A DNA stretch of 25,995 bases. Source: Lepidodermella squamata (taxonomy: Eukaryota; Animalia; Gastrotricha). The stretch is from assembly GCA_047495785.1 (NCBI GenBank), contig JBLDXI010000131.1, positions 1-25,995 of the forward strand. Reading direction: 5' to 3'. The position numbers and the translations under genes are program-made. The notes under the pieces are model-generated. The model made no database searches. It was not told the DNA's origin and saw only the letters and a program-made list of their open reading frames with translations. Shown here in pieces: positions 1 to 10,400 of the stretch (the first letter of the stretch is position 1; the number at the start of each line of letters is the position of its first letter).

Positions 1-1726
1 ATGTTTCAAAGAAGTTATCTGGCTTCTTGAGGAACAACACAATGATTAGTAGAGTAGAAACGGAAAAGGCTCCAAAAGCTCCAGAAGAGAACAGAACCTT
101 CAGAATACAAATCTCTCCACTGTCTGAACCTAGGACGAAACTTATAGAAGCGGCATTACTCGCGATGAGAGCAAGCAATAGACCGAGTTTGAAGATTATC
201 TGTTTCCTCATCTCACTCTTTCGGCAACTTGACCGATGAATGATGATAGCTACCAGGAAATAGGTAAGGATTTGAACCAGACTGAAAGCTGCAGCAGTAC
301 ATTGGATGAAAGATACAAACTGACTTGGAGCATCGAGTTTCTTCACAAATGTTGGCGGAAAAGCTATCGGTGGTTTGCCAGACTGAGTCGCCCAGGGTAT
401 CTTATCAACCAATTGGACTAAGGAGTAACTTCCAGGGTCGAAATAGTCTCGAATAGGATCGTGGTTCACCAAAGCTAGAACTTCATACTTTTTCGCTTCT
501 TCAGACCATCGAACAATCGATTGAGGCTCGTCATCTGGCTCTAATCGCCTCGACCACTTCTGAAGACCGACTCGAATTCCTACCGGCTCTAATTCGGCTG
601 TTGTTTGATTCGCGATGCTCGAAACCAGCTCCGGGTAAGTTGCGTAATCACTCAAGGTCATATTGAGATCTTGGAGGTTCTCCTCAGTTTCATAAAGTGC
701 AAGTATCGTATTCATCATCCCATCGTGGCATGAATCCCTTATGGCGAAGTCCTGTGACATGCTAGCATTACGCCCATATCTTGCCCTGATCATTGCTTCG
801 AATCGGTCTTTATCGTAACCAAGGCTGGTCTTCCCGTAATTTTGATGCGCAAACATGTATTGCGATATCATGAAGGTGTATTTCAGCTGTTCGATGAGCA
901 TATCCCGAGTGCAGCCTTTGATTAGATTTGGGAGAACCCCATCTGGGTAAAACATGATGCTAGTTGTGGTTAGGAATACATAACGACTCCCCGTTAGGCC
1001 TTCCAAGTACGAAACGCAAAAGAATCGAATAACAAGCTCCATTGTCGAGGTTTCAATAGCGATAACTCTTAAATCACTTCTCAGTATCGACTGGATAACA
1101 CTTGGGTCGAAATCAGTTACAGCATTGATCCAAGGAACTGCCACTCCATTAGCTTGGAGTAAGTTCTGGAGTTCAACGGCACCCTTATAGTCTCGAAAGC
1201 TTGACGCGGTTGTTAGGATGGCGATCCGATCCCATTGTCCAACTTGCTTGATGAAGACCAACCTCGAAAATATGATGACGTCCGTTGTAGCCCTGATGTG
1301 ATATAGATTTGGGTACATGACCCTATCCCCGGCCATCGCAGAACAAGCCAGTCCGAAATTGTTGATATTCAAGTACTGAAAGGTCGCAGCAGCTCTTTGG
1401 CATCCAGTTGAGTAGTAGGGCCCTACAATGATAGGAGCAGCTGTCTTTTCGTAGTTCCTCAGAAAGTTCGCGATCAATCTAAGAGCGATCAAAGAGTTGG
1501 GGCCCTCGTCTAGGAATACTGGGTTGATATGATAATTCGGTAGGAAGTCAGAGCGGTTATTCGCCACATCAACTGCAACCTTCATTGCAGCCTCACATAG
1601 TTTGCCATCTCTAGGCTCGTTACCAGTGTAAGTTATCAAAGCAAGAACTGATAAATCCTTCGCTTTTCTCAACGCACTAACTGCGAGTGGGAATTGTACC
1701 AACACAAAAATGCTGATGTAATTCAT
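1..1726 (-). CDS. Duplicate copy of the class C GPCR; first ~575 codons (signal peptide, Venus-flytrap domain, TM1-3), running off the window edge
   Basis: Reverse complement of 17301-19026, with the start codon as CAT at 1724-1726. Absent from the ORF track because no stop is reached in the window. Completeness is unknown. Confidence 0.9.
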   Translation of the reverse strand, partial: MNYISIFVLVQFPLAVSALRKAKDLSVLALITYTGNEPRDGKLCEAAMKVAVDVANNRSDFLPNYHINPVFLDEGPNSLIALRLIANFLRNYEKTAAPIIVGPYYSTGCQRAAATFQYLNINNFGLACSAMAGDRVMYPNLYHIRATTDVIIFSRLVFIKQVGQWDRIAILTTASSFRDYKGAVELQNLLQANGVAVPWINAVTDFDPSVIQSILRSDLRVIAIETSTMELVIRFFCVSYLEGLTGSRYVFLTTTSIMFYPDGVLPNLIKGCTRDMLIEQLKYTFMISQYMFAHQNYGKTSLGYDKDRFEAMIRARYGRNASMSQDFAIRDSCHDGMMNTILALYETEENLQDLNMTLSDYATYPELVSSIANQTTAELEPVGIRVGLQKWSRRLEPDDEPQSIVRWSEEAKKYEVLALVNHDPIRDYFDPGSYSLVQLVDKIPWATQSGKPPIAFPPTFVKKLDAPSQFVSFIQCTAAAFSLVQILTYFLVAIIIHRSSCRKSEMRKQIIFKLGLLLALIASNAASISFVLGSDSGEICILKVLFSSGAFGAFSVSTLLIIVLFLKKPDNFFET

Positions 1727-2373
1727 TTTATAATCTATGCTTTATGCGAGATATCCTGTCAGACTGAGCGAGAGCACGCATCTTAAACATCGATCACTTG
1801 TTTGCCCCGGAAATGTCACGTTCACGAGCATAAGTCACGGTTAAATTCGTCTGGGTGTGAGATTGCCGTTGCCAACAAGCACCGACAACATGGAACCGTA
1901 CAAACGATCGATCGATAGCGTGGGTATTCAAAACTCGAAGCTTGTGAACAGTTGGAAGAGCTAGTTACCGAAAAACATAGACGTTCCATTTGATTCATTT
2001 CTGTTTATTCTGAGCCAATCCCAGTCCTCATTCCCATGAAGACTTCAAAGTAACTCGGTTTTGACGTAATGAAATCTCAGAAAAGTGAAAGTCGGAAAGT
2101 GGAGATTAACACCTGAAGAGACCGAGGGAAGAGGGAAACCTATTCAAGTCGCTAGAGCATTTTCATGTTGATTACTAATTACTAGTACCTTGCCTAGTGC
2201 TAAGCTAATAATTTGTACTGCGCGGGGTTACGAAAATCCGTGAATCGCTTTTGTAATTAGTATTATTAGAATTTCAAAGCGAAGTAACCTGCTCTAATCA
2301 TCCCTAATGGCAATTGATTGGCTTTACACCTTATGGTGCCTTATGATCAGCAATTCACCTCACTCTCAAGAAA
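1727..2373. promoter_or_regulatory. Duplicated divergent (candidate bidirectional) promoter region between GPCR and guanylyl cyclase
   Basis: 647 bp between head-to-head start codons. CCAAT at 2015-2019, CRE/bZIP-like TGACGTAA at 2062-2069, and several TAAT motifs near the cyclase side. Function is inferred from position only. Confidence 0.5.
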
Positions 2374-5300
2374 ATGCTCATCGCAATTTTCCTTATCGCC
2401 TGCCGCGCGGTTTCGGTGCACACTCAACTGTTCAAACTGGATGAAGTTTTTCGTATTGCCATCATCCTGGAAGATTTCACGCCTAACGGCACGGCTTGGC
2501 TGATAAATTCAAATGAGACGGTTTGCCATTTTATTTCCTACAACTGAATTGTTCTGCAACTATTTTCTATAGGCTGAGTCTGTGGCGAATCTCGCCATTT
2601 CGGCTGAAAACCGCCAGAACACATTGTTCAGGCTAAATCGAGCGAGAAACATAACTGGGGTACCGGCAAACAAGCACGCTAACATTACGTTCCAATACAT
2701 CAGGTCAGCAAAAGCTGAACGCATGATGGACGCAACCATGGACCCGAAAATTGCGGAGAAAAGTCGTTTGATCGCTATACTCGACACGGCTCGATGTACG
2801 GCTCAGCGGTGCAAGGAGCTGGGTGAACTAATCGAAATTTTACCCAGCTACGTCCTCACCTTATCCGCGTGCTGTTTCCCAGGAACCGGGGCGTACGTCT
2901 CTCAGAAGAAGCCGAAAGTTTCGTTTGATAAGGAAGGGGATGAGGAAAAAGAGGACGATGATGATTTCGACGATGACATTCCTGTAAGACTAACATCCTT
3001 TCCAAGATTAATCTTCAATGGCTTGGAACCTCATTCGACCGTTAATTTTGCCCTGCAGCTGTCAAAACGCTACAACTGGAGGCGATTTCACTTCGTTTTG
3101 ACCCCGAACTGGCCGGCTGCTGATAAGTTTTTCGAAGATCTGAACTCGTACTTCAAGTCGAGGAAGTCGGACTTGGTCATGACAAAATCGTTCCTCTGCA
3201 CAGTCCGCTTAGCCCAGCTGCAAGTTTGCAGCCGCAATAATCAAGTCAGAAGATTGATTCTTTTGAAAGCTACCGTGACCTTTCTTTTGCTCGAGAGTGA
3301 GAGTGATATCTTTGAATTTTCACGGGAATTGAAATCGATTGCGGACAATGACATAGTGCTGGCGAATGGGAAAGCCTTGTTCGTTATTTCCTGGACTGGT
3401 ACAGTCAATACCCTTATCGAACCTTTAATCAAGGATGGTCTGGAAGGTCTGATGATTCTTCGCCAAAAGCGGATGCTATTCGATAACTTCAGAGTAAACA
3501 AACCTCAATTTAATTGATTTTTTCTCATTTTTTAAAAATATTTACAGATAATCAGAAGTCGTGGTATACCAAGTGCTGGTATGGGTACCCAGTTCTACAC
3601 GGATATAAGGGTCCTAGCAAAGGCGGTTGATATCTATGTCAATAACCAAGCTCAACTCCGTAACTTCGCGACGATATTCTGCGGCTCGAGGTTTACATGT
3701 AAGTATAAAGTTCTAATCAGCCCTAATAGCCTTGAAGTTTCGATATTTTCAGTCAGAGAATCACCTGAACCCTTCGTGCAGTTCGGCAACGATTGCGAAA
3801 AGGACGTCATCGCTCTTGAGGCATTCAACCTACAGTATAGTGGAGAAAACGGGCAGATGTCTTTCATCAAGGTTTTCGAGTCGTTTGGCCGGACTCTGAA
3901 CATGACGGAACTACCCCGCTGGATCGGCTCAGGTTTTCAAAGGCCTGAAGAGAATGAGTGTGAACTCGAAGGTAGTGGATCGGGCTGTCCCATCTCACTG
4001 AGAACAATTCTACCACCAGCAATCTCTGGCTCGGCTGTTATTTTAATCATTGTCCTAGCCGTGACAATTATCACGTTTCGCTACTCGCGAAAACAGCGTC
4101 GTTTGAAGGAAACCACGCGGAATGCTGTTCTAGCTGCCTTCAGCGAGTTGGAGTTCTTGAAAGCTGAAAAGGAAGATTGCGACTCAAGGGCTCAAAGTTC
4201 TCAAATTGGTTCTCGGCCGAGCTCAGCCGTAGGATCAGAGAACAAGGAATCCACTACGATTGCTGTGATCGACCCAAATGGTAACCGCCTATCCCATACA
4301 GGCCTGATACCACATTCCCAGGATATGCTGACAGCTGGGAAGATAGTTGGGGCTAAGTTTCGAGGCGATAACGTTCTTGTGACTCTACTGAGCAAGTACA
4401 CGTGCCAAACGGACGATTCTCTGATACAAGAACTGGTTCAACTGAGAGAATTGCGGCACGACAATGTTAACCCATTCATCGGAATTATACCAGATGCGTA
4501 TCGGGTCTGTGCGCTGTACGATTTCTGCGCCAAAGGAACCCTAGCGCAAGTTCTAGCTCGAAAAACTCTCCAACTTAACAGGCTGTTCAAGGTCTCTTTC
4601 GTCAACGACATTGCATCTGTGAGTTTCGAATGCCACTGGTTCAATTTTCAATTTTTTTCTAAGTAGGGGATGGCTTATCTTCATCAATCGGCTGTCGGTT
4701 CGCACGGCGACCTCACCTCAGAAAACGTATTGGTCGACGCTCGCTGGTTCTGTAAAATCAGCAATATACCGATTACATCGCTTCGTTACGTTGAAATGGA
4801 TGAATTCGGCATACAACGACCCCTTGGTTTCGTCCCTCAACATCTGAATGCCACCGCCTACCGCGCAAATCCCTTGATTGCTGATCTCAAAGCTGCCTAT
4901 GATTCAATGCCGCCTCAAGGAAACTACTGGACCGCGCCAGAGCTACTTAAAATTCCTGAAATTCTACGACCACCGCGAGGCACTCAGAAAGCTGATGTCT
5001 ACTCGTTTGGAATTATTGTTTTCGAGGTGCTGACACGACTGATGCCATATAGCCAGTACAACCTGCCGGAAAAGGTTATTCTATCGCGAATTAGAGCTGG
5101 ATCTTACCCGCCTTTCCGACCATACTGCCCGCCTGAAACCTTGCCTGGCGACGTGAGCGATCTCATGGAACTCGCTCGAAATTGCTGGGATGAAGTCTCA
5201 GCGTTTCGGCCAGGCTTCTCAGCAATTGTTCGAATTTTGCAGAAGGTTAGCCATGGAAAGTAAGTTGAATCCATTTTTCGTGGAATACTAGCTCAAAATT

Positions 5301-6109
5301 CTCGAATTTTAGGGAAATATCAGCAGTTCTGGTTGATGAAATGATTGCAACTATGGAGAGCTATGCCGAAAACCTCACACATCTCGTGAGAGTTGGCCGA
5401 GGAACAAAAGCGATCTGAAGATTTGTTGAGCAAAATGCTACCACGATCGATCATTGACGAGCTGAAAAGCGGCCGAGTGGTTGTACCAGAATTTTTTGAT
5501 TCAGTCACGGTCTATTTCTCCGACATTGTGGGCTTCACGAATCTAGCTGCCGAGTCTTCCGCCCTGGATATTGTCAATTTTCTGAACGATCTGTACAGCG
5601 AATTCGACCAGGTTATCGATTTATACAACGTTTACAAAGTCGAAACGATTGGCGATGCCTACATGGTGGCGAGTGGTCTGCCTATCAGGTATAAGACGCA
5701 TGTTGCCGAAATCGCGACTATGGCTCTCGAAATGATGAGTCGAGTTACAACGTTCAAAATACGCCATCGGCCTGAAAAGTTCTTGCAGCTTCGCATCGGA
5801 ATCCATACTGGATCTGTTGTAGCTGGGATAGTAGGTCTCAAGATGCCTAGATACTGCTTGTTCGGAGATACGGTGAATTACGCGTCTAGGATGGAGAGCT
5901 CTGGCCTAGCCCTCAGGATTCATGTCAGTCCTGAGGCTAAAAGAGCTCTGGATGCGATCGGTGGGTTCAAATTCGAGCGAAGAGGCTTGGTATCAATGAA
6001 GGGGAAGGGACAGATTGAGACTTACCATCTGGTTGGTAAGGAAGGGTTTTACAAGCCTCTTCCAGACTTGAGCTTCGCTGCTTCATTGGAAGAGCACGAA
6101 TTCAAATGA
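2374..6109 (+). pseudogene. Frameshifted copy of receptor guanylyl cyclase (exons 2374-2520, 2573-3493, 3548-3698, 3753-4618, 4667-5259, 5313-6109); premature TGA 5416-5418 gives ~927 aa lacking the cyclase domain
   Basis: Same exons as the 12904-16653 copy. The 16 nt at 5377-5392 (ACACATCTCGTGAGAG) replace 30 nt, net -14, so the frame reads ...[18 protein letters not shown]-stop. It could be a pseudogene or an expressed truncated receptor. Confidence 0.85.
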
Positions 6110-6241
6110 TTGAAACAGCAAATTATAATTTATTCTCGTCACTGGAATTATTTTGAAACATTCACGAATCGTCAGTCTCTTACACTAAAAGGAAATCACC
6201 TGGTTTCTAGTCTTTATCACACATTGTTAGAGAAAACTGTG

Positions 6242-7477
6242 CTAATCAGTTAGATAAACATGTTTGGCGCTTAACTGTAGAGTGCGTTTGTCGAAAAGTG
6301 AGGCGCATTGTCTTTTGGTTTTCTCAAGGTGTTCATCCAGCTTCACCATCAATTCATCCATACGACTTGTGAAGCGATCAATCTCATCCTCGAAACCGCC
6401 TGAGAACACAAGTAAAAACAGAAATTCAAATGAAATGGCTCTCACTCTACCTTCTTCCGTGTACAAGAATCTCTTGTCGATATTTAAGGCTGGGGGCCGC
6501 TTTGGCTTCATTCCAAGAGTTTTCATAACTTTATCAATCATGAACTGGATAACTGCTCTTTCGGCCTCTTGAGCTTTTGTATCCATCACAGCATCGGCAT
6601 ACGCGTACACAATGAAGGCGATCAAGAAATTAGTCAAAATAATTGTGACCAGGCAAGAGTAGAACAAAAAGAAAGCAGGACCCAAAGCTGGGTAGTACCG
6701 CCTCAGGCTAGTGTAATCAAAAACACCCATTTGCATACTGAGACAGGTTTCAAGAGAGGAGACGAAGGTCGAGTATGGCTGAAGGGTGTTTCCAAACGCC
6801 AGAAATCCCAACTGAGCGAAGGCTAGGAACAGCGTCATGAAAACGTACGTGAAATTCTTCAAAACAGGCTGTGCTAGGGTTAGGGTATGCAACATCAGCA
6901 TGATGTGATGGTCGAATCTCAACAAGCGAATAAATCGAAGTGTCCCAACTGAGACGATGACTGCGGCAAACACCGAGACCATGAAGTCGTAGACAATTAT
7001 CAAGTCCATGTTTGTGTAGGAATTGATTCGGTTTTTGAAGCCGCCGGCTACATGTTTGAAGGCGAAATAGCGAGCTGCAAACATCCCAGCCCAGACCAGG
7101 CACGAGAGGAGATGGGCGAAATCGACGACTAACCAACCATCTCTCCAGTATTCAAGCTTCTTTTTCCGAGCTTTGATGCATTCTCGGATGAAGAGTACGA
7201 GAACAACGAGGAGGCAAACAAGCTGGACAGCGAGGTTCACCATTTCACCTGGGGTACTGTATGACTGCATCCTGAAAAAAGAAATCGATGATAAAGGAAA
7301 ATATTTAACCGGGCATTCTCACTTGAGGATGTAAAAGTACGGATAAAGGACAATGCCACCCGTCGGAGGAATCTCTAGTATGGTCTGGCTGACAGCGAAA
7401 ATACTTCGACTTGGATTGTATAGATTGAATTCCAAAAACAAGCCCCGCGTCTTCTCATCAAGCCAGCGACTGCTCTT
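6242..7477 (-). pseudogene. Inverted 3' fragment of the PKD1-like gene (end of TOP domain, last TM segments, C-tail), without its own 5' end
   Basis: Reverse complement of 11536-12771, with an identical 342-aa ORF at 6242-7270 and mirrored introns 7272-7322 and 6400-6450. It begins abruptly mid-exon at the junction. Confidence 0.9.
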
Positions 7478-10400
7478 TATTGGGCGCCCTACAAGCAGTT
7501 CCAGCCCAGAGTATCTCCACGGACTTTCAACGGCTGATCCTTAAGGCTTTGGCTCCATCCGTCACTATTTTGTCAAACTACTCGAAAGACATCACTATCG
7601 ATCCGAATGATATGGACTCAGCTGCCAGTGCTTGCGTCAATGCGATGGGAAAGCTATCAGAGGTTATGGAATTTTCCAGAAAATTTGTTGAGCCGGCTAA
7701 CCCTCTCCTAACGACAACCACCTTATCGCCCAGTGATGATCCTTACTGGTCTCCCAAGACAACAACGATCTCTCCTAACGCTAGGCAACTAATGATTGAT
7801 CTTCAGGCCCTTCGTGAGGTATGTTTCCAGTACGGTCTTTTGTTTATCATTGTGTTTACCCTATTGTTAATGCCAGAAAATCATGATGGTAGTCCTTGCT
7901 GGAAAGGGCGTACAAGAGAGTAGATCTGTGATTGGTGGTTCATCCTCGAAAATGTGTCTTTCAGCAGATTTTGTCGGAAATCTTGCCAACGGTGAGTTTC
8001 AAGCCAGGGTCTATGAATCCGGCCTAATCTAATCTTGCATTTCAGCTAAACTAGCAAGTGGTAGCGATGAAGACTGTGGAGCGTTCCAGCTGGGCGATTC
8101 ATCGGCCATGTTTGGGCCTACAATCAGGGAGGGCTTGAAGAAGATTGGAGCTAACCCGAACAATACCGAACTTTTTAATGCCGCTATTATCAAGCTCAAG
8201 GTCGCTTCAGATTCCGGAAATGCCTATTCGAGTCTTCAAAACAGCGAGACGCCTCTCAATTCGATGATCCAGTCGTTGGTGATGGTCGACGAGGACGGCA
8301 ACGAAGTCAGAGTGAAAAATTTGCCATACTACATGGAGATTATGGTGGAGTCTAAGAATGCCGACCCTCCAAAATCGATACTAACAGTGGCCCCTGGTTT
8401 AGACCTGTCTCGCATTATGAAACCCATCAATCTCCCCGTTACTAAAAATTCAGCCGTCTTCCTCACTGTAGATCAAATATTGAACATTTCAACGACTGAA
8501 TTTGCTGTAAATGCAAGCTGTAACGTTACCAAGGACAAGAACTGTAAGGATCCGTATGGGAATGTCACAGCGGCGTTTGGCTCGAAAAACATTACCATAA
8601 GCGAACTGAATGCTACATCTGACGAAGTTGTATTCTTTGTATTCGTGAATCGCGATGGTTTTTTCCCGAAGGAATCGACTGTTTTACCTAATCTTGGTTG
8701 TTTGCTGCCCCGATCAAGGGTCGAAGAAGAATTGTGGGCTATAAGGTATCCTGAAGGCACAACTGGCAGTTTGACCACAACGGCTGCCTCAGGATCAACA
8801 ACGTCTGGCGCCTCAACTTCAGGAATCCTCAGCACGACCCATTCTCTGTCTATGACTACAACAGCGTCTGTGAATGTAACAGTGCCGCCTTCGCAACAGA
8901 AGGACGATGGTTCAGCCAGCTCTTCGAAGAAACAATGCAAGAAAAACCCTGCTTTACCTTCGAACACGTGCTTCTTCGGAAATGAGGCCATGAATATCAA
9001 GTAAGTGAAGTTTTGTCTTCGTGGATCATTGAACAGTGTAATTGATTTACGTTTAGAAATGATACGATGAAGCTATACGTCGGCATCAGAGCGATTCCTA
9101 TGCGAGAGTTTAGGAAACTTCTTCAGAAGCTGCATTCGGAAATTCAATCTGGATTGAACGAAACTATCATCATAAACCGTACCATGTCGTCACTGATCAA
9201 CCAAACCGCTACTGCTTTGATTAGGTACAATTCTTACGCAGCAACTTGCAACTTTTGGGACGCAGACATCAGTGATTGGTCCACAGATGGTTGCTATGTT
9301 GGTCCCCTAACCACGGCCGGGGGTTACCCGAGCCTAACTCAGTGCTTCTGTAACCATCTCACGACGTTCGGGTCCAACTTCAATGTCCCAATGAACACTT
9401 TCAATCCCAGCGATTCAGCTTTCACACGGCTTGATCAGAACCCTGTTTGTTTCACCTTCGGCATTTGCATTTTCATGCTGTATTTCACCGTGCTGATATG
9501 GGCGAGGAAGCAAGATAAAGAAGACGAGAGAATGTGGGGCACCTTACCGCTTATCGATAATGACCCAAGAGATCGTTATGCTTACGAACTCACAATTTGG
9601 ACCGGTAAAAGGAATGGAGCCGGCACAACTGCTAGGGTGACATTCATTCTGACGGGCGATGAAGGAGAAAGCGGGCCCAAGTTACTGGATGGCATCGAAC
9701 GGCCTATTTTGAAACGGGGTCAAGTCGATTCCTTCCTAATGACTGTTCCTCGTTCGTTGGGGAAGCTGTATCAGCTTCACATTTGGCATGATAACTCCGG
9801 CAAGCATCCTGGCTGGTATTTCTCACGAATGATGGTACATGACTTGCAGCGGAACCAACAGTACTTTTTCATCTGCGACCGATGGCTGGCTGTTGAGGAA
9901 GACGATGGTATGATAGAAAGGACACTTTCGATCGCTGACAAACAACAGCTCATCCAGTTCGAACGCGTTTTCATGACCAAGTCTCAACGCAGTCTCAGCG
10001 ACGGTCACATGTGGATTTCAGTTTTCAGCCGACCACCAAGATCCGCCTTCACTAGAACCCAGCGTCTTACTTGCTGCCTATCAGTCCTATACTGCACCAT
10101 GCTAGCAAATATCATGTTTTTCGGTATTAGCAGAGATGGTCCGGATGCAGCCCGTGTTGATATCGGACCTCTGAGTATCAGCAGCCAGAAAATTATGATC
10201 AGCGTAATTTCAGCTCTCATCGTCATGCCGGTAAATCTGGTGATTGTGCAGCTATTCCGGTTGAGCAAGAGAAAGTTGAGCACTAGCGAGAAGGAAGTTG
10301 AAGAGATCAAACGGAAAATCATGCAGAATCACGATAATGCTTTAAATAATTTTAACAAGAAACAGTCGCTCAGTGGTCAGCCAAGCACCGCTTCCCAAGT

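Larger units (their letters stand above)
1..7477. repeat. Left arm of a >=7.5-kb near-perfect inverted duplication (partner 11536-19026); may continue beyond the window start
   Basis: Mirror ORFs have identical translations, with coordinate sums of 19027 (e.g. 2582/16445, 5263/13764) and 19013 (6109/12904, 6242/12771). Position 1 ATGTTT is the reverse complement of AAACAT at 19021-19026. Identity ends at ...GACTGCTCTT 7477, matching AAGAGCAGTC... at 11536. A non-coding spot check (1741-1800 vs 17227-17286) is identical. Confidence 0.98.

Noticed and set aside
1860-2320. RFX X-box (ciliary gene) motifs in the divergent promoter
   Set aside because: Only half-sites (GTTGCC, GTTACC, TTGCCTAG) are visible; no full palindromic X-box.
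3224-3269. Possible extra intron GTTTGC...AAAG in the cyclase ectodomain
   Set aside because: Removing 46 nt would break the frame, whereas the unspliced frame is open.
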